From assembly GCA_964634755.1 (NCBI GenBank), contig CAZWJH010000005.1:1-57565 (forward strand): a stretch of DNA of 57,565 nucleotides, in the 5' to 3' direction. Within the stretch, counting starts at the first letter, position 1. Every line of letters starts with the position of its first letter. The position numbers and the translations under genes are program-made. The notes under the pieces were generated by a model. It did no database searches. It saw nothing but the letters and a program-made list of their open reading frames with translations, and had not been told where the DNA came from. Source of the stretch: an uncultured Clostridia bacterium. GTDB taxonomy: Bacteria; Acidobacteriota; Aminicenantia; JAMOAD01. Shown here piece by piece: positions 28,467 through 38,676 of this stretch.

Positions 28467-29510
28467 ATGAAAAGAAGAGTTTTACTTGTTATTATTTTAA
28501 TCCTTTCATTTAGTTTCCTTGTTTCTTTTTGTTTTGCTGAAGAGAAAATTGATAAAAAAGTACTGAAACAGGCTTCTAAGCTAAGAAAAAAAGGAGATAG
28601 TGAATTAAAGAAGAAAAATATTGATAAGGCAATAGAATATTATCTTGAGTCATTAAAATTAAATCCAATGGATAAAAGTGTTCATAATAATATCGCAATT
28701 GCTTATGTTCAGAAGAATGAATATGAAAAAGCAGCTGAACATTATGAGAAAGCACTTGAAATAGATCCAAAGTTTAAAAATCCCAGAAGGCCTCTTTTAA
28801 GTCTACTAAATTTTCTTGGTGGAAAGTATATGAAAAGAGGTGATTTTAAAAAGTCAAATGAATATTATGAGAAATTCCTAAAATACTTGGGAGATGATAA
28901 AAAAAATCAAAAGGTAATATTATCTGTTAATTACAAAATGGGAATTAACTATTATAAGCTGAGGGATAATAAGAAATCTCTTGAGTATTTCCAAAAAGTT
29001 TTAAATTACCCTGATTTCCAGAAAAATTTCCCCAATCTTTATCCTCCTGTAATTTATCTTATAGGCGTTAATTATTCGCTTTTGGGAGATTCAGAAAAGG
29101 GAAATAAATATTTAAGAGAGTATATAACATTAAAATCTTCTGAAGAAAAAACTGACCCCTTTGTTGCCATTGCATATTTCTTTTTAGGTGAAAATAATTT
29201 TAAAATTCTTGAGGACAAAGTCGAGGAATTGAAAAGAAATAAAGATGAGAAAGAGATAGAGAAAGTTAGAGAGCTTGCTGCCTCTATGAGAGATAAGATA
29301 GAACCTTATTTTAAAAAATGTATAGAACTTAATCCTAAACTTGAAGATGCCTACACGAAATTAGGGAATTTTTATTATCTTGCAAAGGATAATGACAAAG
29401 CTCTTGAAATCTATAATAAAATTATAGAGCTTTTCCCAAACTCTCCTGCAGTTGAGTCTTATAAAAAGTTCAGAGATACTCTTAAAAGTAGTAAAGAAAG
29501 TAAGAAATAA
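28467..29510 (+). CDS. Exported tetratricopeptide-repeat protein
   Basis: Signal peptide; multiple TPRs (AIEYYLESLKLNP, AAEHYEKALEIDP, AYTKLGNFYY). Confidence 0.85.
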   Translation: MKRRVLLVIILILSFSFLVSFCFAEEKIDKKVLKQASKLRKKGDSELKKKNIDKAIEYYLESLKLNPMDKSVHNNIAIAYVQKNEYEKAAEHYEKALEIDPKFKNPRRPLLSLLNFLGGKYMKRGDFKKSNEYYEKFLKYLGDDKKNQKVILSVNYKMGINYYKLRDNKKSLEYFQKVLNYPDFQKNFPNLYPPVIYLIGVNYSLLGDSEKGNKYLREYITLKSSEEKTDPFVAIAYFFLGENNFKILEDKVEELKRNKDEKEIEKVRELAASMRDKIEPYFKKCIELNPKLEDAYTKLGNFYYLAKDNDKALEIYNKIIELFPNSPAVESYKKFRDTLKSSKESKK

Positions 29511-29574
29511 GAAAATAAAGCAAAAGATTAAAGGAATAAAATTCCGAAGAATAAAAAAAACAAAGGAGGCAAAA

Positions 29575-30009
29575 ATGAGTGTTAAAAAAGGTGATAGGGT
29601 CGTCGTAAATTATACAGGTTCATTTGAAGATGGTACTGTTTTTGATTCAAGTTATCATGGAGATCACTCCCATCCGATAGAATTTACAGTGGGTTCAGGA
29701 GAGATTATCAAAGGATTTGACGAAGCTGTTATTGGTATGGAGGTGGGAGAAGAAAAAGATATTACGATTATGCCAGAAGATGGCTATGGTGAAAAAAAAG
29801 AAGAGCTAATCCAAAGAATCCCAAAATCGCAGTTCCCTGATAGTGAGGGGATACAGGAAGGCATGAGTGTTAATCTTGTTACAACAGAAGGACAAGAATT
29901 TCCAGCAACTATTGTAAAAATAGAGAATGAATTTATAACAATAGATCTTAACCATCCTCTTGCAGGAGAGAAACTTAACTTTAAGATTAAATTAGAAGGA
30001 ATAAAATAA
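29575..30009 (+). CDS. FKBP-type peptidyl-prolyl isomerase (SlyD/FkpB-like, IF domain, no His tail)
   Basis: YTGSFEDG.VFDSS, GSGEIIKGF, PEDGYG, DLNHPLAG. SD GGAGG before ATG 29575. Confidence 0.9.
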   Translation: MSVKKGDRVVVNYTGSFEDGTVFDSSYHGDHSHPIEFTVGSGEIIKGFDEAVIGMEVGEEKDITIMPEDGYGEKKEELIQRIPKSQFPDSEGIQEGMSVNLVTTEGQEFPATIVKIENEFITIDLNHPLAGEKLNFKIKLEGIK

Positions 30010-30077
30010 TTTTGTTCTTTTCTCATAATAATCTTTTCTCCGAAATGTGTTAAAATAAACATTAATTCGGAGGGAAA

Positions 30078-31124
30078 ATGATCTTTACTATTTTCGGATA
30101 TCCAAAGACGGGAAAAACCACGTTATTTAATCTTTTAACAGGTAAAAGAGAGCATGTTGATAAATTTGCATCTTCAAAAGGAGAACTTCACAAAGCTGTA
30201 GTTTCAGTACCTGATTTCAGACTTAAAAAGCTTAACCAATTCTATAATACAAAAGTAAAACATGCGCAAATAGAATACCTTGACACAGGTAGTCTTGCTT
30301 TCGGGGAAGTAAAAACATCAACTTTTTTGGATATTTTAAGGAGAAGTGATGGATTAATTCATGTTGTCAGAGGTTTTGAAGATCCTGAAATTATACATCC
30401 TGCAGGTTCTATAAATCCTATGAGAGATATTTCTTCAATGGAAGATGAGTTAATAATTTCAGATATAATAACTATTGAAAAAAGACTTGAGAGAATAGAA
30501 AAAGATTTGAAAAGGAATAAAAGCAAAGAACTGAAATTAGAACAGAAAGTTTTGGTTAAAATAAAAGAGTTCCTGGAACAAAATTTACCTTTAAGAGAGA
30601 TGGATTTGAACAAGGATGAGGAGTTTATGATTAGGTGTTTTCAGTTTTTATCTCAGAAGCCAATTATCCATATGATAAATCTCAGTGAAGGCGATAAACT
30701 AATAGAATTAGAGGGGAGGAACAAAAAGATACTCTCCTTTTACGGAAAAATCGAAGAGGAAATAATGGATCTTGATGAGGATGAAAGAAAATTGTTTTTG
30801 GAGGAATATGGAATAGATGAATCCATAAGGGATAAGTTTATTAGAGAGAGTTATAAATTGATGAATCTCATATCATTTTTTACCGTAGGGGAGGATGAGG
30901 TAAGGGCCTGGACTATTAAGAACGGTGATACAGCTTATGAAGCAGCCGGTAAGATTCACACTGATTTACAAAAAGGCTTTATCAGAGCTGAGGTGATTTA
31001 TTGGGAAGATTTTGTGAAAGTCGGAGGCTTTAAGAATGCGAAGGAAAAAGCCCTTCTGAGGCTTGAAGGAAAAGAGTATGTTGTTAAAGATGGGGATGTT
31101 GTTCATATTAGATTCAATGTCTGA
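30078..31124 (+). CDS. ychF: YchF/OLA1-family ATPase (divergent)
   Basis: GYPKTGKTTLFNLLT, DGLIHVVRGF, FFTVGEDEVRAWT, IHTDLQKGFIRAEV, LEGKEYVVKDGD. Confidence 0.85.
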   Translation: MIFTIFGYPKTGKTTLFNLLTGKREHVDKFASSKGELHKAVVSVPDFRLKKLNQFYNTKVKHAQIEYLDTGSLAFGEVKTSTFLDILRRSDGLIHVVRGFEDPEIIHPAGSINPMRDISSMEDELIISDIITIEKRLERIEKDLKRNKSKELKLEQKVLVKIKEFLEQNLPLREMDLNKDEEFMIRCFQFLSQKPIIHMINLSEGDKLIELEGRNKKILSFYGKIEEEIMDLDEDERKLFLEEYGIDESIRDKFIRESYKLMNLISFFTVGEDEVRAWTIKNGDTAYEAAGKIHTDLQKGFIRAEVIYWEDFVKVGGFKNAKEKALLRLEGKEYVVKDGDVVHIRFNV

Positions 31125-32056
31125 TGAATGAGTGGGAATTAATCTTTTTTTTAAAGGGTGAACTATCATCAAAAATTGAGCTTTCAATAGGGGATGATGC
31201 TGCTGTAATAAGAGAGGGCAATGAATATTTTGTAATTACGAAGGATTTAATGGTTGAAAATACACACTTTATTTTAAATGATTATCCTCTTGCACTTTTA
31301 GGTAAAAAACTTGTTAACTCAAATATTAGCGATGTGGTAGCAATGGGTGCTTATCCAAAGTATGCCCTTTTAGGTATTTCTATCAGGGAAGGTTTGGGAG
31401 ATGAGGCTTTGAAAATAATACTGACGAGTGTAAAGGATGAACTTAAAAATGCAGGAGTGTCTCTTATAGGTGGAGATACCGTAAAAGGGAAAAGTCTAAT
31501 GCTTTCTATGACTGTGATAGGGCAAACAAAGAGGTATATAACTCGAAAAGGAGCTCAGGCTGAAGATTTTGTTTTTTTGTCAGGAAGAATCGGTTATTCA
31601 CGAGCTGGTTTGAGAGAATTTTTGTTAAAAGGTATAATTAAAAATTCTGAGGCAGAAAAAGTTTTTTTTGAAGGTAAAAATAGAAGAGATCTTCTTAGTT
31701 TTCTCTCTGAAGTTAAGATAAATGCAATGATAGATATTTCTGATGGTTTTTATCAGGATTTAAACCACATTCTTGAAAACTCTGAAGTAGGAGCTGAAAT
31801 TTATCTTGACAATCTTCCTTATGATCCATATCTTAAAGAGCTTTCTGAAGAAGAAGGTATTTCTTATTATGATTTTGTATTGAACAGTGGTGAAGAATAT
31901 GAGCTTATCATAGTTGTTCCTGCATATGAAGAGGAAAGATTAATTAAGAAGGGGTTAATAAAGATTGGAAAAATAACAAAGGAGAGAGATCTCATATTTA
32001 TTAAAAAGGGCAAAAAGGTTAATGTTAGAAACCTTTCATATACTCACAAATTTTAA
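31124..32056 (+). CDS. thiL: Thiamine-monophosphate kinase
   Basis: IGDDAA, DLMVENTHF, NISDVVAMG, IGGDT, IDISDG, GEEYEL. Confidence 0.92.
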   Translation: MNEWELIFFLKGELSSKIELSIGDDAAVIREGNEYFVITKDLMVENTHFILNDYPLALLGKKLVNSNISDVVAMGAYPKYALLGISIREGLGDEALKIILTSVKDELKNAGVSLIGGDTVKGKSLMLSMTVIGQTKRYITRKGAQAEDFVFLSGRIGYSRAGLREFLLKGIIKNSEAEKVFFEGKNRRDLLSFLSEVKINAMIDISDGFYQDLNHILENSEVGAEIYLDNLPYDPYLKELSEEEGISYYDFVLNSGEEYELIIVVPAYEEERLIKKGLIKIGKITKERDLIFIKKGKKVNVRNLSYTHKF

Positions 32057-32131
32057 AACTTATTTTGAAGAAGACAAAATTTAACTCATATATTTTTTGA
32101 CCTTTTAACGAAAATAACATAAAATATTCCT

Positions 32132-32965
32132 ATGAATATTATTAATGAAAAAACAAGAAAGTTAATCAGTATGGCTCTTGAGGAGGATCATATTGAAAAT
32201 GATGTTACAACAAATTCTCTTTTCCCTGAGCCTGTGAAAGCAAAGGCAAAGGTGATAGCAAAATCTAATGGAATTCTTTGTGGGCTGGATGTTTTCAAAG
32301 AAGTCTTTTTGTTTATTGACAAGACTATTAAATTTGAAAGTAATTTTAAAGATGGAGATAAGTTCAAAAAGGGAGATACAATTATAAAAATATACGGGGA
32401 TGTTCGAACAATTTTAAAAGGAGAAAGAACAGCACTTGATTTTTTAGGTCATCTTTCCGGAATAGCAACCAAAACCAGTAATTTAGTAAAAAAGGCAAAA
32501 GGTAGGATAAAAGTTTTAGATACAAGAAAAACGACACCTGGTTTCAGAGAGCTTGAAAAGCATGCAGTTAAGACAGGTGGAGGTTTTAACCATAGAATGA
32601 ATCTTGAAGAGATGGCTATGTTAAAAGAAAATCATCTTATATTTTTTAAATCTATAAAAGATGCTGTTGATAGAATAAGAGAAAAATTCAAAAGTGTTAA
32701 GATTGAGGTTGAGGTAAAAAACCTCAAAGAATTTGAAGAGGTTCTTAAACTTAATGTTGACAGGATAATGCTTGATAATTTTTCTTTGGAAGATATTAAA
32801 AAGGCAGTAAAAATAAATGGAGGAAAGAGGGAGCTTGAAATTTCAGGTGGTGTAAATGAAAGTAATATTGAAGAATACTCTTTAACAGGTGCTGATTTTG
32901 TTTCATCCGGAGCATTGACCCATTCGTTTAAAAACTCAGATTTTTCCCTCTTAATTGAAAAATGA
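32132..32965 (+). CDS. nadC: Nicotinate-nucleotide diphosphorylase (quinolinate phosphoribosyltransferase)
   Basis: ALEED, ERTAL, DTRKTTPG, HRMNL, KENH, EVEV, MLDNF, SGG, GALTHS. Confidence 0.95.
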   Translation: MNIINEKTRKLISMALEEDHIENDVTTNSLFPEPVKAKAKVIAKSNGILCGLDVFKEVFLFIDKTIKFESNFKDGDKFKKGDTIIKIYGDVRTILKGERTALDFLGHLSGIATKTSNLVKKAKGRIKVLDTRKTTPGFRELEKHAVKTGGGFNHRMNLEEMAMLKENHLIFFKSIKDAVDRIREKFKSVKIEVEVKNLKEFEEVLKLNVDRIMLDNFSLEDIKKAVKINGGKRELEISGGVNESNIEEYSLTGADFVSSGALTHSFKNSDFSLLIEK

Positions 32966-34542
32966 GCAAAGATCCGGTAGAAACTGATGTTTTAATTATT
33001 GGTTCAGGTATAGCAGGACTTACAGCAGCATATATTTTGGGGACCGAAAATATTAGCACTATTGTAATTTCAAAAGAGAAGGAGACTTCAGAGACAAATA
33101 CTCTCTATGCTCAAGGTGGTATAGTGGCCCTTGGACCCAATGATGATCCCGAGCTTTTGAAAAAGGATATAATAAGTGCAGGTGCAGGAATTTCCAATCC
33201 CGAAGCTGTTGACATTGTTGTAAAGAGGGGAGTAAAATTTGTAAAAGACATTTTAATAGATAAGCTGAATATTCCATTTTCAAAGGATGAGAAAGGAGAA
33301 TATCTTTACACTAAAGAAGGAAACCATTCGTGCAGAAGAGTTCTTTTTGCAAAGGATGAAACTGGTAAAGCTATTGAAAACACACTTGATAAGAGTGTTA
33401 AAAAACTAAAATCCGTGAAGCTTTTATCAGGAGTAACTGCAATAGATTTAATTACGAAGCATCATCACTCTACAAATCCATTGAGCCTTTACAAGGAAGC
33501 AGAGGTTATGGGGGCTTATGTTCTTCTTCAGAAAGAGAAAAAAGTAGTTAGAATCTTTGCGAGAGCAGTTATTCTTGCAAGCGGTGGTCTTGGAAGAATA
33601 TTTTTGCATACGACAAATCCTCCTCTTGCAAGAGGAGATGGCTATGCTATGGCATATAGAGCAGGAGCGAACCTGATTAATATGGAGTATGTCCAATTTC
33701 ATCCGACTTCTTTTTATCATAGAGATGCGGATAGTTTCCTGATTTCCGAGGCAGTAAGAGGAGAGGGCGCGATTCTTATTAACAGAAAAGGCGAAGCTTT
33801 CATGAAAAATTATTCAAAGCAAAAAGATCTTGCTCCCAGAGATGTTGTCTCAAGAGCTATTTATGAGGAAATGCTCAAAAATGGAGATCATTATGTTCTG
33901 CTTGACCTTTCAAATATAAAAGTTAATGTTAAAGATAGATTCCCCCATATTTATGAAACATGCAAAAAATACGGAGTTGACATATCAAACGAGCCCATAC
34001 CGGTTGTTCCGGCGGCTCATTATTCCTGCGGAGGAGTCAAGGTTGACACAAGAGGGAGGACTACTTTAAAGAGACTTTATGCAGCAGGTGAAGTCTCTTG
34101 CACAGGTCTTCATGGGGCTAATAGGTTGGCATCAACATCACTTCTTGAAGGTTTAAGCTGGGGCTATTTTGCAGCCGAAGATATTTTGAATTCAAAGGAA
34201 ATTATCGGAGAAGAACCGGCTTATAATGAGATCCCTCCCTGGAAGTATCCTTCAAAACCGGAAAAAATTGACCCTGCCCTGATTGTTCAGGATTGGAACC
34301 AAATTCGCTCGACAATGTGGAATTATGCTGGTATTATAAGGACTACAAGAAGACTTAACCGCGCAAAATCTGATCTTGAATATCTAAAGCACAGGATTGA
34401 AAAATTTTACAAAAGTGCGGAGGTGGTTGATTCAATAATTGGTTTGAGAAATAGTGTTCAGACAGCTTTAATTGTTATTTATTCAGCTTATTTTAATAAG
34501 ATAAGTAGAGGTGCCCATTATATAATAGATAACGGCGGATAA
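32962..34542 (+). CDS. nadB: L-aspartate oxidase
   Basis: GSGIAGL, AQGGI, EGNHSCRR, QFHPT, SEAVRGEG, LAPRDVV, AHYSCGG, GLHGANRLASTSLLE, SRGAHY. Confidence 0.93.
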   Translation: MSKDPVETDVLIIGSGIAGLTAAYILGTENISTIVISKEKETSETNTLYAQGGIVALGPNDDPELLKKDIISAGAGISNPEAVDIVVKRGVKFVKDILIDKLNIPFSKDEKGEYLYTKEGNHSCRRVLFAKDETGKAIENTLDKSVKKLKSVKLLSGVTAIDLITKHHHSTNPLSLYKEAEVMGAYVLLQKEKKVVRIFARAVILASGGLGRIFLHTTNPPLARGDGYAMAYRAGANLINMEYVQFHPTSFYHRDADSFLISEAVRGEGAILINRKGEAFMKNYSKQKDLAPRDVVSRAIYEEMLKNGDHYVLLDLSNIKVNVKDRFPHIYETCKKYGVDISNEPIPVVPAAHYSCGGVKVDTRGRTTLKRLYAAGEVSCTGLHGANRLASTSLLEGLSWGYFAAEDILNSKEIIGEEPAYNEIPPWKYPSKPEKIDPALIVQDWNQIRSTMWNYAGIIRTTRRLNRAKSDLEYLKHRIEKFYKSAEVVDSIIGLRNSVQTALIVIYSAYFNKISRGAHYIIDNGG

Positions 34543-34554
34543 GGAGGGTAAAAA

Positions 34555-36594
34555 ATGCCTTCTGATAAACTTTTAAATTTCGGGCAACAGGTATACAATC
34601 AAAAAGATTTTACATTTTCTAAAAATCTTTATGAAAGAATAAAATCTTTAAACTTTGGAGAGGAGTCCGCTTTAATAGGATTTTTTGCCAGAGCCAATAT
34701 TTATGATGATTCTATTAGAAAGAAGCTATTGGAAAGTTTTGGAGAAAATGTGATAGAAAGCATTGAGCTTCTTCAAAGGCTCAGCAGAATAACCGTTCCG
34801 GAAAGAGAGAGAAGGATAAGGCAGTTGAGAGAATTTTTTGTTGAGCTTAGCAGTGATGTGAGAATTATTATTATTAAACTTGCGGAAAGATTGGAAGCTC
34901 TTATAGAAGCAGAAAGATTGAAAAAAAACAATATAAAAAGATTATCGGAAGAATCTCTTTTTTTCTATTCTACAATAGCCCATAGATTGGGTATAAGCAA
35001 ACTTTACACTGAAATGGAGGATATAGCTTTTAAGCATCTTTATCCGAATGAATATAGAAAAATAGAGAGGTTTTTGGGTGAAAACAAAAAGGTTTATGAA
35101 GAAAAATTGAAAAATATGATTTTGGTGATAAAAAATATTCTTGAAAAGAATGGCATTAAAGCGAGAACACAGTACCGGCTTAAAAGACCTTACAGCATAT
35201 ACAGGAAGATGCAAAATAAAAAAGTGGGATTTGACGAAATCTTTGATTTAATGGCAATAAGGATTATTACAAATGAGATAAATAGCTGCTACACGATTTT
35301 AGGGCTTGTTCACAGCAATTGGACACCTATCAACGGAAGATTCAGGGATTGGATTTCAAATCCCAAGCCAAATGGATACCGTTCAATTCAAACAACTATA
35401 ATCTCAAGAACAGGTGATAAGTATGAGATTCAAATAAGAACAGAGGATATGCACAGAGAAGCTGAATACGGTGCAGCTGCTCACTGGAGCTATAAAGAAG
35501 GGGTTAAAGCTACATCCGGATGGACAATAAGATTGAAGGAATTTTTGGAAAACGATGAAATATTTGAAAATCCGATTGAGGCTTTAGAACACATTCAAAG
35601 TGAGATAAAAAAGGATTATATAAGCGTAATTACTCCTAAGGGTGAGGTTATCTCTCTGCCCGAAGGCTCAACTCCCCTTGATTTTGCATATATGGTTCAC
35701 ACAGAAGTTGGACATCATACTACGGGAGCAAGGGTAAACCAGAGGTTTGTATCTTTAAAGACAGAGTTAAAATCCGGAGATGTTGTTGAAATTATTACTC
35801 AAAAGAACTCAAAGCCCTCAAGAAACTGGCTAAATTTTGTAAAAACGTCAAAAGCGAAGTCAAAAATAAGGGAGTGGTTTAGAAAGAATGAAAGAGAAGC
35901 TTTTATAAAAGAGGGTAAAAGAATTTTTGATTCACAGATAAAAAAGCATAAGAAAAAATACGAGGGATTTGATAAAGAGCAGGAGTTTAAAGAAAATCTT
36001 CTAAAATATGGGTATAAGAATATAGAATCGCTTTACTTTGCCATAGGTACAAAGTCTGTGAAAGCAGGCCTTCCACTTTTAAAAAAATTGTTTCCTTTGA
36101 AGCACAAAAGAAAGGATGGATTTTTAAAAAAGAAAAAGAGTGTTGATAGTCTACTTTCTCCTCAGATTATTATAGAAGGAGAGAAAAATATTGATTTTAA
36201 GATAGCCAGATGTTGCAGACCTTTAAAAGGGGAACCAATTGTTGCATATATTACAAAAAACTCGGGAATTAAAGTTCATTCTGTTGACTGCCCTTATATA
36301 AAAAGCGGAACAATGGATCCTGAAAGATTGAGAAAAGCTGAGTGGGTAGGTGATAGCTCTTTCCAGCAGATAAGAGTAAGAATTAAAGGGGAAAATCTGG
36401 AAGAGATTGTTTCCTCTCTTGCGGAAGTGTGCAAAAACAATGATATATTTTTGAATTCTATAAAAAGATTGGATAGTGATGAAACATCTGCAATTGAGGC
36501 TGAACTTTTGGTAAAAAGTATGGATGATTTTATCCATATGAAGAATCTTTTATTAAAGAAAAATGGGGTAAATAAAGTTATCCTTTTAAGATAG
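34555..36594 (+). CDS. Long RelA/SpoT homolog, (p)ppGpp synthetase with degenerate hydrolase domain
   Basis: HRLGI, RLKRPYSIYRK, DLMAIRII, PKPNGYRS, EIQIRT, AAHWSYK; TGS (LPEGSTPLDFAY); CC zinc finger; ACT. No HD motif. Confidence 0.9.
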   Translation: MPSDKLLNFGQQVYNQKDFTFSKNLYERIKSLNFGEESALIGFFARANIYDDSIRKKLLESFGENVIESIELLQRLSRITVPERERRIRQLREFFVELSSDVRIIIIKLAERLEALIEAERLKKNNIKRLSEESLFFYSTIAHRLGISKLYTEMEDIAFKHLYPNEYRKIERFLGENKKVYEEKLKNMILVIKNILEKNGIKARTQYRLKRPYSIYRKMQNKKVGFDEIFDLMAIRIITNEINSCYTILGLVHSNWTPINGRFRDWISNPKPNGYRSIQTTIISRTGDKYEIQIRTEDMHREAEYGAAAHWSYKEGVKATSGWTIRLKEFLENDEIFENPIEALEHIQSEIKKDYISVITPKGEVISLPEGSTPLDFAYMVHTEVGHHTTGARVNQRFVSLKTELKSGDVVEIITQKNSKPSRNWLNFVKTSKAKSKIREWFRKNEREAFIKEGKRIFDSQIKKHKKKYEGFDKEQEFKENLLKYGYKNIESLYFAIGTKSVKAGLPLLKKLFPLKHKRKDGFLKKKKSVDSLLSPQIIIEGEKNIDFKIARCCRPLKGEPIVAYITKNSGIKVHSVDCPYIKSGTMDPERLRKAEWVGDSSFQQIRVRIKGENLEEIVSSLAEVCKNNDIFLNSIKRLDSDETSAIEAELLVKSMDDFIHMKNLLLKKNGVNKVILLR

Positions 36595-36757
36595 ATATGG
36601 AATTAGTATGAGGTGAAATAAAGTAAAAATGGTTTAATAATTAAGTTTATATAAATCTGAGTTTCTAAAATTTGTAGACATATAAGTATAGGTGGGAAAT
36701 TATTATGCCCCTTGACCTCTATGGTATAATAAATAAAAAAACACGGGAGGGTAGAAA

Positions 36758-38587
36758 ATGAAAGGAAGAGAGGTTTTGAAGTTTCAATCTGAAGTTAAAA
36801 GACTTCTGGATATTCTTGTTTATTCACTTTATAAAAACAGGGAGATTTTTTTAAGGGAGCTTATATCCAACTCTGTTGATGCTCTCAACAAGATTCAATT
36901 TGAAATGCTTACTGATAAATATATTGAGGATAGGGATATTGAACTCAGAATAGACATAAAAACCGATAAGGATAAAAATATGTTAATTGTTGAGGATACA
37001 GGAATAGGGATGACCAGAAAAGAGCTAATTGATAATCTTGGCACGATTGCCCATTCCGGGACAATAGATTTTCTTAAAAGGGCTGAAAAGAGGAAAAAGG
37101 ATGAAGAGCTTGACCTCATAGGGAAGTTTGGTGTGGGCTTTTACTCTGTTTTTATGGTTGCAAAGGAGGTTAGAATCTTAACAAAATCCTTTAGAAAGGG
37201 AAGTTCCGGCTATCTCTGGATATCTCAGGGTGGAGAGGAATATACAATAGAAAAAAGCAAAAAGGAGAAGAGAGGAACAAGAATAGAAATCCTGTTAAAG
37301 GATGATGCAAAAGAATTTTTAGAGGAACTTAGAATAGAGAACATAATTAACAAGCATTCAAAATTTGTTCCTTTTCCGATTTACATAAATGGTAAGCCAT
37401 TTGAAAAAAAACCTCCCATCTGGAGTCAACCAAAATCATCATTAAAGGAAAAGGATTACCATGAATTTTACAAATATCTGACAAACTTTGAGGAAAAACC
37501 GCTTACCTACCTGCACCTTTCAGCTGATGCGCCTTTTCAATTTCACGCTCTTTTGTATGTCCCTGATACTTCTCTGGAGTTCATTGAACTTTTCAAAAAA
37601 GAGTCCGGTGTGGATCTTTACTCAAAAAAAGTTCTCATTCAGAAGCATTCAAAAGATATTGTTCCCGAATATCTCTCTTTTTTGAAAGGAGTTGTTGATT
37701 CTGAGGACATACCTTTGAATATTTCAAGGGAGAGCATTCAGGATGATGCTGTTGTGGTTAAAATTAGAAAACGCATTACAAAAAAGTTTTTGGAGCACAT
37801 TAAAAATATAAAGGAAAAGAATTTTGAGCTTTATCTTAAAATCTGGAAAAAGTTCAGCAGAAAGTTCAAAGAGGGTATAATAAGTGATTTTGACAATAGA
37901 GAGATTCTTGCCGAGCTTTTGCTTTTTGAATCTTTAAACGGAGGAGAGGGTAAATTCATTGACCTTGAAGAGTATAAGAAAAATTTTAAAGAGGGGCAGA
38001 CTGAAATTTACTATATTTCCGGAGAATCTTACTCGACCATAGAGAAAAACCCATCTCTTGAGATTTTCAAAGAGAAGGGAATAGATGTGCTATTTTGCAC
38101 TGACCCTGTTGATGAATTTGTTCTGGAGCATCTTAAAGTTTTTAAATCTTATCCTTTTAAAATGGCTGAAAGCTCTGATATTAAGGTGGGAGAAGATAAG
38201 AAAAAGGATGATAAGGAACTAAATGATTTTGTAAAATACCTTAAAGAGCTTTATGGCAACAGGGTAGGGGATGTAAGGGTTTCAACAAGACTTGTTAAAA
38301 GTGCCTGCACCCTTGTAAACCCTGAAAACTCACCTTCAATTCAGGTGGAAAAAATTATGAAAATGATGAATAAGGATTTTGAAATTACGAAAAAAATATT
38401 TGAAATAAACCCTGAAAATCCTTTGATTAAAAAGATGCAGGAGCTTTACAAAAAGGATAAAGATTCTGAAAAGCTCAAAAATCTTGCATTACACATTCTT
38501 GAAAGCCAGATGTTAAGAGAGGGCTTAATAAAGGATTTGAATGAATACATTGAAAGAAGCGAGAGGATAATGATAGAAAGTCTTTAA
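36758..38587 (+). CDS. htpG: Molecular chaperone HtpG (Hsp90)
   Basis: YKNREIFLRELISNSVDA, DTGIGM, IGKFGVGFYS, GVVDSEDIPLNISRE, FEINPENP. Confidence 0.96.
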   Translation: MKGREVLKFQSEVKRLLDILVYSLYKNREIFLRELISNSVDALNKIQFEMLTDKYIEDRDIELRIDIKTDKDKNMLIVEDTGIGMTRKELIDNLGTIAHSGTIDFLKRAEKRKKDEELDLIGKFGVGFYSVFMVAKEVRILTKSFRKGSSGYLWISQGGEEYTIEKSKKEKRGTRIEILLKDDAKEFLEELRIENIINKHSKFVPFPIYINGKPFEKKPPIWSQPKSSLKEKDYHEFYKYLTNFEEKPLTYLHLSADAPFQFHALLYVPDTSLEFIELFKKESGVDLYSKKVLIQKHSKDIVPEYLSFLKGVVDSEDIPLNISRESIQDDAVVVKIRKRITKKFLEHIKNIKEKNFELYLKIWKKFSRKFKEGIISDFDNREILAELLLFESLNGGEGKFIDLEEYKKNFKEGQTEIYYISGESYSTIEKNPSLEIFKEKGIDVLFCTDPVDEFVLEHLKVFKSYPFKMAESSDIKVGEDKKKDDKELNDFVKYLKELYGNRVGDVRVSTRLVKSACTLVNPENSPSIQVEKIMKMMNKDFEITKKIFEINPENPLIKKMQELYKKDKDSEKLKNLALHILESQMLREGLIKDLNEYIERSERIMIESL

Positions 38588-38676
38588 AATTATTATATCC
38601 TTTTTACTCAGTATCTATACAAACTGAATGTTTTGACAAATTAAAAGTTGAGCTTGCAATTTGCCAAAATGAGACT

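Noticed and set aside
29452-29574. Longer ORF-track starts for FKBP (also LonC 24457, DEAD helicase 14645, RluD 17589)
   Set aside because: Downstream ATGs have proper SD or promoter spacing and match family N-termini; some extensions overlap neighbouring genes.
36595-36757. CIRCE heat-shock operator upstream of htpG
   Set aside because: No TTAGCACTC-N9-GAGTGCTAA; only an extended -10 (TGGTATAAT) is visible.
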